A stretch of DNA of 64,000 nt. Origin: Gammaproteobacteria bacterium (GTDB lineage Bacteria > Pseudomonadota > Gammaproteobacteria > JBCCGL01). A program made the position numbers and the translations under genes. The DNA is taken from contig OZ255836.1 of assembly GCA_965277715.1 (NCBI GenBank), positions 1,120,001-1,184,000 of the forward strand. Reading direction: 5' to 3'. The notes under the pieces are model-generated. The model saw only the letters and a program-made list of their open reading frames with translations, searched no databases and was not told the DNA's origin. Shown piece after piece: positions 1 to 9,298 of this stretch (positions are counted from its first letter, which is position 1; every line of letters starts with the position of its first letter).

Positions 1-794
1 GACAAAAGGTCTCTATGTTCGTCACGACGGACCTGATCCACCGCCTTATTCAGGTGTTGGCTAATATGAAAACGGTCGTGAACAATCGCACTGTCTGACA
101 GTTTTACCTCAACGGCATTAATGAACGCAGGCCACATATCAATCGCGACAGCTTTCACCTGTTCTCGCTGGTTATCCGTCAGCGCAACCTCCAACGCCTC
201 CTCACAAGCTGCCTGGGTGCGATCTTTCACTACATCCAACACTCGCCCTCCATCGATATCATTGATGAGCGTCACATAATCATGCCCTTTACGGTGGGAC
301 TTCTCATCAATACCCAGGTACTCAATTGTCACCGATTCCCGACGCGAAAGTCCCCGTTCGACAGCGCGGGCTTTGATGGCTTCCACTGCGTTCCAGCTAA
401 GTCCCAGTAACTTACGCGCCTCTTCGACGCTACGTGAGGCTTGTAACACCCTGATGGAAAATAATTCAAACAACAACGTAAAACGACTGCTCTTGCTTGC
501 CCAGGGTAACATCATACTTTTAACACCATGCTCCAGACAATTTACTCGGGGAATGCGACTGTGTAGGCGCGTTTCAAATTGCATAGTATCCAAGTGTCTC
601 CAGGATCGCTCTTGTGAACGGTGATCATAGAACGGACTCACTTCTCCACAGTGCGAGCAAGGGCCGTGGTTGCCGATAAACGCCAACGAAATGGATACTT
701 TTAACCCCGAAGGGTCTAAATCAACTGACACCACTGACCAGTCATCTGTCAGGCATAGGAGCTGGCTGTAGTGTTCTTCAAGGCTCGATAGCAC
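1..794 (-). CDS. ISL3-family transposase (partial; 3' end outside the window)
   Basis: Manual translation from the GTG at 794 gives a zinc finger (CSHC...RSWRHLD...PRVNC) and the ISL3 motifs GIDEKS, AIDMW and HDRFH. The ORF track misses it because no stop falls in the window. Confidence 0.85.
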   Translation of the reverse strand, partial: MLSSLEEHYSQLLCLTDDWSVVSVDLDPSGLKVSISLAFIGNHGPCSHCGEVSPFYDHRSQERSWRHLDTMQFETRLHSRIPRVNCLEHGVKSMMLPWASKSSRFTLLFELFSIRVLQASRSVEEARKLLGLSWNAVEAIKARAVERGLSRRESVTIEYLGIDEKSHRKGHDYVTLINDIDGGRVLDVVKDRTQAACEEALEVALTDNQREQVKAVAIDMWPAFINAVEVKLSDSAIVHDRFHISQHLNKAVDQVRRDEHRDLL

Positions 795-858
795 CGGAGT
801 CTCTCAATAGCAAAGGGGGGATGAAATACTATAACCTCACACAAACCGGGGAAGAACC
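1..858 (-). mobile_element. ISL3-family insertion sequence, left end (runs off the window start)
   Basis: The minus-strand terminus GGTTCTTCCCCGGTTTGTGTGAG ends at 858, next to an AT-rich flank, and precedes an ISL3 transposase frame. Confidence 0.8.
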
Positions 859-974
859 AATAATAATAACTACTCCCATTCAGTAGTAACGTATATTTAA
901 TATCAATATAAATCAATAATTTATCACCACCTCATAGTCCATGTGTAACAAGTGTGTAACTCACCAACCACTTT

Positions 975-990
975 GCACGTTTTTTCTACG
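975..990 (+). repeat. 16-bp direct repeat, copy 1 (GCACGTTTTTTCTACG)
   Basis: Identical to 3442-3457. Confidence 0.85.
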
Positions 991-1048
991 CTTGTGCGAC
1001 TATTGCAATTCAATAGTTTACGCACTCTCAACTTGCACAGTGTAAGAC

Positions 1049-1079
1049 GAAGAACGTGCTTAATCCATACACGTTCTTC
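1049..1079. terminator. Hairpin at the 3' end of the DUF6641-like gene
   Basis: Perfect 10-bp inverted repeat GAAGAACGTG...CACGTTCTTC. Confidence 0.45.
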
Positions 1080-1577
1080 AGTTCTTTCGTTCTTTTGTGT
1101 CACACGTCTGCCAAACTGCGCTTGCTGTTCTATTAGTGCATCTAACTCCCCTAGTTCAGCAGCTTCACGTACCTTAGCAAGCACCTCAGTAACCTCAGCT
1201 TCGCTTGTTAGCTCGATTGCATTCTTACCTTTAGCAAAACTCTAAAGGCTTGCTTCCGTAGCGCACTACAAGGTTAATTCTGCCGTTTACACTAGCACTC
1301 CACCAACGCTTAACACGTTTAGCAACTTCCACTTTGCGTTAGTTACCGTATTCATCAGTAACCCACTTATATTGCGTAGGGGTGTAGTCTTTATTTGTAG
1401 CAAGTTGGATTTGTTCATCTAACTTTGTAATCAGCTTGCGACGACGAACTGCGATAGGGTTATTGTTTTGAAGTGGACTAAAAGCAACAAAATTTAGTGT
1501 ATCAAGTATAGTCATAACAGCCTCCTAGTTAGCTAAAAGTATTTTGCTTTCAGTGTTTGGTGACTGTCATCCGAAGA

Positions 1578-2447
1578 TTAATCGACATTATTTTTCATAC
1601 TAACGTCTATAATTGGTACATCACTCCAATTTACTCTAGTTACAGCCGTTCGCACATCTATAAAATCAAGTTCATATAATATCTTTCGTAGTTTTCTCTC
1701 AGCGCCCTTCAATCCAACGTAACTCTTAAACCTTCTAGAATATGATAAGTTGTGAATGATAGGTTGATTAGGATCAAAGTCGCGTGGATGAAAATAAGTC
1801 ATAACATATTCTGAATCCTTAAACAGTTTTGCTAATAAAAAATATGGAAACAAACGAAAGTATCCTCCACCAGAAAATACGACAGAGTTGCCTAAAATTG
1901 GCTTTGTGTTAAGTGGAAACTCTCTTAGGAAACCACTGGAGGTCTTTATAAGACAAGGCTTATCAGATTTAAATTGTGGCAAACCTCCGTGCCCACGCGC
2001 AGCAGGAAAAACAGAGCAATCCACTTCAAATCCTTCTTCTGAAAGGATATCAAATGCCCATAAACTGTCGTTCGTAAGAGAAAAACCAGGGATGCGATAT
2101 GCAGTAACTTCTACGCCAGTAGCAGAAGAAATCTGATCCTTGGCTTTCAGTAGGTCAGCCCTAAATTCGGCTGGAGTTTGATTATAGGCGAGCTGATGAC
2201 GACTTGAATGACACGCTATTTCGTAGCCTTGCTCTGCTATTTTAGCTATCATTTGGGGATATTTTTCCGCAATCCAACCCAGACAAAAGAACGTAGCATT
2301 TACATTATTTTCAGTGGTAATGGTTAAAACACGCTCGAGGTTACTTTCAAATCGCGATTCAAAGCTCAGCCATTGCTTCTCAGTGCGAGTTTCGGGATGA
2401 TCTAACAAATGAAACCATTCCTCTATGTCAAAGGTTAGAATATGCAT
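1578..2447 (-). CDS. Polysaccharide deacetylase (CE4/NodB fold, DUF3473-containing type)
   Basis: Motifs TFDIEEWF, CHSSRH, GGGYFR and YFHPRDFDP. Confidence 0.9.
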   Translation of the reverse strand: MHILTFDIEEWFHLLDHPETRTEKQWLSFESRFESNLERVLTITTENNVNATFFCLGWIAEKYPQMIAKIAEQGYEIACHSSRHQLAYNQTPAEFRADLLKAKDQISSATGVEVTAYRIPGFSLTNDSLWAFDILSEEGFEVDCSVFPAARGHGGLPQFKSDKPCLIKTSSGFLREFPLNTKPILGNSVVFSGGGYFRLFPYFLLAKLFKDSEYVMTYFHPRDFDPNQPIIHNLSYSRRFKSYVGLKGAERKLRKILYELDFIDVRTAVTRVNWSDVPIIDVSMKNNVD

Positions 2448-3208
2448 TAGAAAAACCTCCCTCCAGCTTGTTTGAATTCTTTCACGTCCTGTTTGCTGGG
2501 AAATGAAAAATAGCTAGATTCGTCATCATTGTTTTCTACTACTGTCGCTTTGTTGGATCGAATAAGTTCAAGCGCCTCAACTACTGCTTCGATCCCCAGA
2601 AATTTTGTTATCTCGATTAACTTCCATTGTGCTAAACCTCCTAACCGAAGTTTCTTTTGTACAATGATTGGCCCAGAGTCAATTCCTTCATCAACAAAGA
2701 AAACAGAAACTCCAGTTTGTTTTTCGTTATTTTTTAGAACCCAAAACGAAGGCATTAGTCCGCGATACCTTGGGAGCAATGCAGTGTGCAAATTAATTAT
2801 TCCATAATGAGGTATGTTTATAAGTTTCTTTTTAAAAATCTCATTTCCCGTTATAGATATAAATAAATCTGCGTCCAAATTTGATAGGGTGTTTAGAGAT
2901 TGCTTTGAGTTAATTGATCCATTTAATTTTATAATTCGGATTTGATTTCTTTTTAATATGCTCAGAACGTCTACACCAGTTAACTTACTCTTAATAACAT
3001 TAAGCCCGTATCGAAATACAAAATTTAATCCAAATGTATGCAGTGTTTTTTTTACTTTTTTGGCGAATGTTATCTGACTGCCAAATGGAGATGCTTCAGA
3101 AACGACTGCGCCTACCACCTCAAATGATGGATCAAGTCGTCTCAATAGGTAATCGATAAATTTAGGTAGAAACATTTTTTCATTTTGAGTTATTAGCACT
3201 AACTTCAT
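2447..3208 (-). CDS. Formyltransferase family protein (probable sugar N-formyltransferase)
   Basis: Formyl_trans_N motifs INLHTALLPRYRG and VDEGIDSGPII. TAATG overlap with the deacetylase. Confidence 0.85.
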   Translation of the reverse strand: MKLVLITQNEKMFLPKFIDYLLRRLDPSFEVVGAVVSEASPFGSQITFAKKVKKTLHTFGLNFVFRYGLNVIKSKLTGVDVLSILKRNQIRIIKLNGSINSKQSLNTLSNLDADLFISITGNEIFKKKLINIPHYGIINLHTALLPRYRGLMPSFWVLKNNEKQTGVSVFFVDEGIDSGPIIVQKKLRLGGLAQWKLIEITKFLGIEAVVEALELIRSNKATVVENNDDESSYFSFPSKQDVKEFKQAGGRFF

Positions 3209-3381
3209 TGCTTCTTTCTACCTTCAGCTAGCGAACCTTTGAGCATCCCAGCCGTAAAGCCAAACTCTTTGCAAAGGCGCTTTACTTCTTTCAATGCGTT
3301 AGCACGTTCGTTCTTCTTAGCTTCAACCATCTGCCGCTGAATTGCTTCCATTTCAGCTTTCAATTCGTCATAAGATTTCAT
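3205..3381 (-). CDS. 58-aa protein resembling an H-NS N-terminal (oligomerisation) domain, with no DNA-binding domain
   Basis: MKSYDELKAEMEAIQRQMVEAKKNERANALKEVKRLCKEFGFTAGMLKGSLAEGRKKQ. GGAGG RBS and ATGA overlap with the formyltransferase. It is below the ORF-track size cutoff. Confidence 0.7.
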   Translation of the reverse strand: MKSYDELKAEMEAIQRQMVEAKKNERANALKEVKRLCKEFGFTAGMLKGSLAEGRKKQ

Positions 3382-3441
3382 CTCATACCTCCATCGGTTA
3401 AGTGTCAGTCTTATATTATAGGTTTGTTAAGCGGATGAACA

Positions 3442-3457
3442 GCACGTTTTTTCTACG
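3442..3457 (+). repeat. 16-bp direct repeat, copy 2 (GCACGTTTTTTCTACG)
   Basis: Identical to 975-990. Confidence 0.85.
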
Positions 3458-3575
3458 TCTGCTGTAACAAGCTGTATAAAGGGGAAAGTATTTGCAAAGC
3501 GTCTCACTATGCCAGTCAGTCATAGTGTCAACTATACAGTCAAATAGCTATAAACCGTGCACTTTTGACTGGTTT

Positions 3576-3862
3576 TCAGCGTTTGTCTCTGTCGTCTTGT
3601 TGATTTGGTAACGGTGGCTGTGGACGTATAAGCGTAAAGTCAGTTCGTTCTGTGTCTTTTGGTGTCGTTTGCTGCTGTGGTTCTTGCTTGATTACCCTAG
3701 TCTTAGGAGCGGCTACAGTGCGTGTCACTGTCTTTGTTTCTGGTTTTGTCATCTTCTTAACTAATGCTACGACGCTGCTACTTGTGCCAAGCATCAACTC
3801 TAATGCAGCCCACTTTGTTTCGTCGTCAACACGTTCTATTTCGCTGCTTATCACGTTCAATG
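3576..3862 (-). pseudogene. 3' fragment of a hypothetical protein truncated by an IS3 insertion
   Basis: The open frame runs up to the IS3 terminus at 3863. An inverted repeat (CAGTCAAA...TTTGACTG, 3537-3571) follows its stop. Confidence 0.45.
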
Positions 3863-3928
3863 TGATGTGTCAATACATTATCGGACACATATTTAAGCGA
3901 TCTTTTTAGACAGTTCATAATCCACGGG
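3863..3928 (-). mobile_element. IS3-family right-end remnant
   Basis: Its reverse complement matches 63241-63306 at 64/66 nt, including the terminal inverted repeat (IR). Confidence 0.85.
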
Positions 3929-5013
3929 CTCTGTACAGGACAATTATTATAACAATAAGAGGTCGATTTTTAATTGCCTAAAAGATTGAAGCAGCATTTG
4001 CCACTGCAACTGTTGTTCCCCTATGTTCAAAACAACCCGGAAAACCGTTTCCAATCCTAACCGAAAAACACTTTTACTAGGATGGCCATGATTTTTCTTT
4101 TTGATGGGTGTGGTTTTTTGCTGTTCATGGCCAATCTGATAACACCAACAAAATGTTAAACTCACCAATACCAGTAGTTTTTCAACCCTATCAGGTTTCG
4201 TTAAATGTGTCTTTTCCATATCGAACCCTCGACCTTTTAATGCCTGGAATAAACGCTCTATTTGCCAGCGCTGCTGATACTCAACTAATGCATTATGGGC
4301 GCACCTATCGCTCGCAATAATCACATGTTCCTGACGAGAACGAAAACACGGTAAATAGACGCTCTCTCCCCAAACAGATCGAGCGTCTGTCAATGCACAG
4401 GTTTGTGCTACACCCAGCAAAAATAGCGCTGATGCCTTCACTTTTTTGCCTTTTTTTGTCCTGACCTGAGTATTGTTAGGAATACGGATAGAAAACGGAA
4501 TATTCTTCTTTTTCAAATACATAATCCATTCTTTACCTCGAAATTCACGGTCAACCAATAAGGCACTGATCGTCTGTACAGGAAAAACAGTCAAATAACG
4601 ATTAACCCGATCAATCCGCTCCTGAGTATGGCTGTTTCCCGCTTTGTCTAAAATAGGGGAACCGCTACATTGTGCCAGTCAATGGAAAGAATCAATAGGT
4701 TTACATGCGTCATACCCAACTTCCAGTGGGTTCGATCAATGCTTACAGTTCAAGGCGGACATTGGGCAATCAACTTAATTAACAACGGGGCAATAGTATC
4801 CGGTTTCAAATCAAAATGACGCAAAAAACGTGGCAAACGTTTATAGGATGAACAAGGTTGCGCTGTTCCGGCGAATCCATCGGCAACACGCATTAAATTG
4901 AGTGACCTTACTTTTCCAAGTGCCAACATAAACTGGGCCAGCAATATCACACGAGCACGGTTCCACTTAAGGTGTGGACGCAGTAAACTTACCAGTTGAT
5001 AAATCTCTTTCAT
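3929..5013 (-). pseudogene. IS4-family (IS10 group, ISAba1-like) transposase, frameshifted
   Basis: Terminal CTCTGTACAGGACAAT at 3929. The fragments carry KWNRAR...SYKRL.RF, DRTHWKLG, DREF.G.EW and Y..RWQIE.LF..LK.RGF. Confidence 0.85.
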
Positions 5014-5049
5014 TTTACGTTGCTAGGTCTTGTCGTGAAACTTAGACAA

Positions 5050-5222
5050 CAATGACTGGTCATCGAAAGGCAAGTTAATGAACATTTTCCATGCGCTTGT
5101 CGAAGAACCCGATCAAGAATGGGCATTTATTGATGGAAGTATTGTGAAGGCACACCAACATAGCGCAGGGGCTAGAGGGCGTGAAAATCAAGCCATTGGC
5201 AACAGTCGAGGCGGGAAAACGC
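5050..5222 (+). pseudogene. IS5-family transposase internal fragment
   Basis: Motif FIDGSIVKAHQHSAGA...IGNSRGGKT. The frame then runs into the 3' end of the HAD gene. Confidence 0.75.
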
Positions 5223-5226
5223 AGAT

Positions 5227-5925
5227 TTACCCGATGGGAGGAAACAATACTAAATCAGGCAAGCCAGCCAAATCCCTCAATTCCGCATCCGCCTTCCCCG
5301 GTAACCGCTCAACACGTTGGGAAAAGCGATTCACCCACGCCACGGTCATACCAAAATGGCTGGCACCTGCGGCATCCCAGGCGTTTGACGATTGAAACGA
5401 AATCGATTCCGGGGCAATGCCCAAGCGATCTACAGCCAGTTGGTATATGCGCCTGTCCGGTTTGAAGATACCCACTTCATCCACCGATAAACACGCATCC
5501 AATAATTCGCCAATGCCCGAGTGGTTGACGGCGGCCTCGATCATATGGGGGGAACCATTGGTCAAGATGGCCGTGCGCATCCCCGCTTCGCGCAAGCGCT
5601 TTAGCATGGGAATCACTTCCGGATAAGTGTCGAGCGCCAGGTAAGCCTGCAACAGATCATCACGCAGGGCGGCATCGCCGATGCCAACTGTTTCCAGCGC
5701 AAAGTCCAGGCCATCCTGTGTCACTTGCCAAAACCCAGTGTAGGCGCCCATCAGGCTACGCAGCCAGGTGTATTCGAGCTGTTTGGTACGCCACAGTGCA
5801 GAGAGGCTGTCCGCTTTGCCTCCCATGCGCTGGCGGTGTTTACCCACGGCTGAGTGAACATCAAATAAAGTGCCATAAGCGTCAAATACACAAGCCTGGA
5901 TATTATCGAATTTACCGTTATTCAT
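5227..5925 (-). CDS. Haloacid dehalogenase, type II
   Basis: Motifs FDAYGTLFD, WRTKQLEYTW, FKPD and SSNAWD. Confidence 0.9.
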   Translation of the reverse strand: MNNGKFDNIQACVFDAYGTLFDVHSAVGKHRQRMGGKADSLSALWRTKQLEYTWLRSLMGAYTGFWQVTQDGLDFALETVGIGDAALRDDLLQAYLALDTYPEVIPMLKRLREAGMRTAILTNGSPHMIEAAVNHSGIGELLDACLSVDEVGIFKPDRRIYQLAVDRLGIAPESISFQSSNAWDAAGASHFGMTVAWVNRFSQRVERLPGKADAELRDLAGLPDLVLFPPIG

Positions 5926-5948
5926 CTGTCGTTCCCGTTTATTGAGGT

Positions 5949-6374
5949 TTATTTAACCGGCGGTATCGAATACGTGGCGGTGACATGCGCCACGCGCTGA
6001 CTATCGCCCGTTGCCGCGCTGTATAAATCCGCTTCGGCAACGGCCAGCCGCTTGCCCAATTTGAGCATGCGCGCCCGCGCCAATACATCGCCCGGTTTCG
6101 GTTTGCGCAAAAAGTTGATATTCAGGTTAGTGGTGACAGCCAGCTCGACGATGCCGATCTGGCTGAGTACCAATGCATAGATCGCCGCATCCGCCAGGCC
6201 CATCATTACCGGGCCTGACACTGTACCACCGGGGCGCAAAAAGTCATCGTTATACACGGCGCGCATCAGCACTTCACCATCGTCGATGGATTCGAGCTGC
6301 AAGCCCATTACGCGGGCAAAGGGCATGGTCTCTTCGGCAAGAAGGTTATATTGTTCGATAGTAATAGCAGGCAT
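5949..6374 (-). CDS. PaaI-family thioesterase
   Basis: Hotdog-fold motif RPGGTVSGPVMMGLAD...VTTNLNINFLR. Start taken at MPAIT. Confidence 0.85.
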   Translation of the reverse strand: MPAITIEQYNLLAEETMPFARVMGLQLESIDDGEVLMRAVYNDDFLRPGGTVSGPVMMGLADAAIYALVLSQIGIVELAVTTNLNINFLRKPKPGDVLARARMLKLGKRLAVAEADLYSAATGDSQRVAHVTATYSIPPVK

Positions 6375-6775
6375 TGTGGTCTCAATGGGCTTAACCAGTG
6401 GCTTATCATAACAAGCAATCAAACTTGACAGTGGAGAACCCTGACAATTATTCTCAGACGCTGTCAGCCACACAAAAACACCTCATTATGTCTCTACAGT
6501 TAGCGCATAGATCGATCGATGCAGACGAGTGCTGCACGATGCTGGCAACAGGCATAGTGTCTGTCTCCCAAGGAACGCGTAGAGTTAATACAGGGAGAAA
6601 TACCAGACAAGCAAACTGAGCGTACAGTCGACCTCGCGCTCTGTCATAAACGCATCGCTGTCGATACATTGCCCGGTTGATATTCAAGATCAAACACAGC
6701 ACAAAATATCACCCCGCTACCGCGATACTCACTGCATCGATAAACACCCTACCTACTATCTAACGAGTACTCTCT

Positions 6776-7582
6776 ATGAATACACAGGCACACACCGGGG
6801 AAGACGAACCCCTATTATTAGTGGATAAATGCGGGGGGGTTACCACCGTCACGCTCAACCGCCCCCAGCAGTACAACACACTCTCCGAGGCGATGTTGTC
6901 AGCATTGCAGACAACCTTTGATGGTTTTCACGATGACACAACAACACACGTGGTGGTACTGGCCGCTAAAGGCAAAGCTTTTTGTGCCGGGCACGATTTA
7001 AAGCAAATGCGCGCCAACCCAGACGAATCCTATTACCAGGCCCTGTTTGCACAGTGTGCCCGGTTTATGCAAACCGTCATGTCGATTCCCCAGCCGGTAA
7101 TCGCCAGGGTGCAGGGTATCGCCACTGCGGCGGGTTGCCAGTTGGTCGCCACCTGTGATCTGGCCGTCGCGCTGGATACAGCGCGCTTTGCTGTATCCGG
7201 TATTAATGTCGGTCTATTTTGCAGTACACCTGCTGTCGCGTTGAGTCGCAATATCCTGCGCAAACAGGCATTTGAAATGTTGGTAACCGGGGAGTTTATC
7301 GATGCACAAAAAGCCAAAACTGACGGCTTGATTAACCGTGTCGCCAGTGAGGAAACGATTGATGAGGAGATTGCTTCACTGACGCAGGCCATTTGCAGTA
7401 AACCACTGGTTGCTGTGCGCACTGGCAAGGGGATGTTTTATCAGCAACTGGAATACGGTGTAGCAGAGGCTTACCAGTTTGCCGCGAATGTGATGGCAAA
7501 CAATATGATGGCCGGGGATACTGAAGAGGGGATTGACGCATTTATCGGTAAGCGCAAGCCGGTATGGCAACATAACGTTTAA
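6776..7582 (+). CDS. Enoyl-CoA hydratase/isomerase
   Basis: Crotonase motifs TLNRP, FCAGHDL and GIATAAGCQLVATCDL. Confidence 0.9.
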   Translation: MNTQAHTGEDEPLLLVDKCGGVTTVTLNRPQQYNTLSEAMLSALQTTFDGFHDDTTTHVVVLAAKGKAFCAGHDLKQMRANPDESYYQALFAQCARFMQTVMSIPQPVIARVQGIATAAGCQLVATCDLAVALDTARFAVSGINVGLFCSTPAVALSRNILRKQAFEMLVTGEFIDAQKAKTDGLINRVASEETIDEEIASLTQAICSKPLVAVRTGKGMFYQQLEYGVAEAYQFAANVMANNMMAGDTEEGIDAFIGKRKPVWQHNV

Positions 7583-7597
7583 GCATACGAGTAACCT

Positions 7598-9238
7598 ATG
7601 TCTGATACACCGTCTATTTTTGACCGGGGATTGCCACAATCCCCCGCCAACTACACCCCACTGTCTCCGCTGAGTTTGTTGGCGCGCTGTGCTGATGTTT
7701 ACCCTGAATTCACTGCCATTATTTACGCGCAACAACGTTATACATGGGGTGAAACCTACCAACGCTGTCGCCGCCTGGCCAGCGCGCTCGCCACACACGG
7801 CATTGGCAGGGGCGACACTGTAGCGGTCATGGCACCCAATACCCCGGTGATTTTTGAAGCACACTTTGGCGTGCCCATGGCTGGAGCTGTACTCAATGCG
7901 TTGAACACGCGACTTGATGCGGCGACTATCGCTTTTATCCTGGAACACGGTGAAGCCAAAGTATTGATCAGTGACCGCGAATTTTCCCCAACCATCCGCC
8001 GTGCGCTGGAAATCCTCGACCGCGAAATCCTGCTCATCGATATAGATGACCCTAACGCGGTATCGGGCGAATTACTCGGCCAACAGGAATACGAGGCGTT
8101 TTTGGCCAGCGGCGACCCTGACTTTGCGTGGCACGGCCCGGACAATGAATGGGATGCCATCGCCCTCAACTATACCTCTGGCACAACCGGCAACCCCAAA
8201 GGAGTGGTCTACCACCACCGTGGTGCCTATTTAAACGCTATCAGTAATATCGTCGGCTGGAACCTGGCCCACCACCCCGTCTATTTGTGGACACTGCCGA
8301 TGTTTCACTGCAACGGTTGGTGTTTCCCCTGGACTCTGGCTGCTGTCGCGGGCACCAGTGTATGCACGCGCAAGGTCGACGCCAAAACAATCTACGACAG
8401 CATCGCCGACCTCGGTGTCAGCCATTTTTGCGGCGCGCCCATCGTGCTCGGTTTTATTGTCAATGCAGACGAAAACGAGCGGCGCACCTTCACGCACCCA
8501 GTCAATGTTATGACTGCGGCTGCACCGCCGCCTGCCAGTGTGCTGGCCGCAATGGAGGTGGCAGGCTTTAATGTCACACACGTATACGGCCTCACAGAAA
8601 CCTACGGCCCCGCCGTGCAATGCGCCTGGAAACCCGCCTGGGATACGCTCGACGAACAGCAGCGCGCCAATAAAAAATCCCGCCAGGGGGTGCGTTATCA
8701 CATGCTCGAAGACCTACAGGTGATGAACCCTGAAACCCTGGAAGCAGTACCACACGATGGTGAAACAGTGGGTGAAATACTGTTTCGTGGCAATATCGTG
8801 ATGAAAGGCTATTTGAAAAATGAGACAGCCAATACCAATGAACTGGCAGGCGGTTGGTTTCACTCGGGCGACCTGGCCGTCGTCGACCCGGATGGTTATC
8901 TACGCATCAAGGATCGCTCCAAGGATGTGATTATCTCCGGCGGGGAAAATATCTCCTCAATTGAAGTTGAAAGCGTACTGTACAGCCACCCGGATGTATT
9001 AGAGGCGGCGGTAGCGGCACGCCCGGACGATCACTGGGGTGAAACACCCTGCGCATTTGTTTGTCTGAAAACCGGCCACCAGACCGATGAAGCGCAAATC
9101 ATCGCTTTTTGCCGGGATAACATGGCGCATTTCAAATGCCCGAAAACGGTTGTCTTTGGCGAACTACCTAAGACCTCTACCGGTAAAATCCAGAAGTTCA
9201 AGCTGCGCGAATACGCTCAATCATTAGGCAGTTTATAG
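7598..9238 (+). CDS. Acyl-CoA synthetase (AMP-forming)
   Basis: Motifs YTSGTTGNPKG, YGLTE, DRSKDVIISGGEN and LPKTSTGK. Confidence 0.9.
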   Translation: MSDTPSIFDRGLPQSPANYTPLSPLSLLARCADVYPEFTAIIYAQQRYTWGETYQRCRRLASALATHGIGRGDTVAVMAPNTPVIFEAHFGVPMAGAVLNALNTRLDAATIAFILEHGEAKVLISDREFSPTIRRALEILDREILLIDIDDPNAVSGELLGQQEYEAFLASGDPDFAWHGPDNEWDAIALNYTSGTTGNPKGVVYHHRGAYLNAISNIVGWNLAHHPVYLWTLPMFHCNGWCFPWTLAAVAGTSVCTRKVDAKTIYDSIADLGVSHFCGAPIVLGFIVNADENERRTFTHPVNVMTAAAPPPASVLAAMEVAGFNVTHVYGLTETYGPAVQCAWKPAWDTLDEQQRANKKSRQGVRYHMLEDLQVMNPETLEAVPHDGETVGEILFRGNIVMKGYLKNETANTNELAGGWFHSGDLAVVDPDGYLRIKDRSKDVIISGGENISSIEVESVLYSHPDVLEAAVAARPDDHWGETPCAFVCLKTGHQTDEAQIIAFCRDNMAHFKCPKTVVFGELPKTSTGKIQKFKLREYAQSLGSL

Positions 9239-9298
9239 CCAGCCGTCTAGTACCAATACGCGCTTGTTTTGTACCCGACACATCGGTATGGTGCGCGC

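Larger units (their letters stand above)
924..1515 (-). pseudogene. DUF6641-like hypothetical protein, disrupted
   Basis: AGGAGG RBS and ATG at 1515. It reads MTILDTLNF...RRRKLITKLDEQIQLA...KRVKRWW...VRYGSKPLEF/AKGKNAIEL...GELDALIE, with an in-frame TAA at 1339-1341 and one extra base in the run at 1236-1239. Family call is from memory. Confidence 0.65.

Noticed and set aside
5078-5395. 105-aa ORF as an intact gene
   Set aside because: It is an IS5 transposase fragment whose frame runs on into the antisense strand of the HAD gene.
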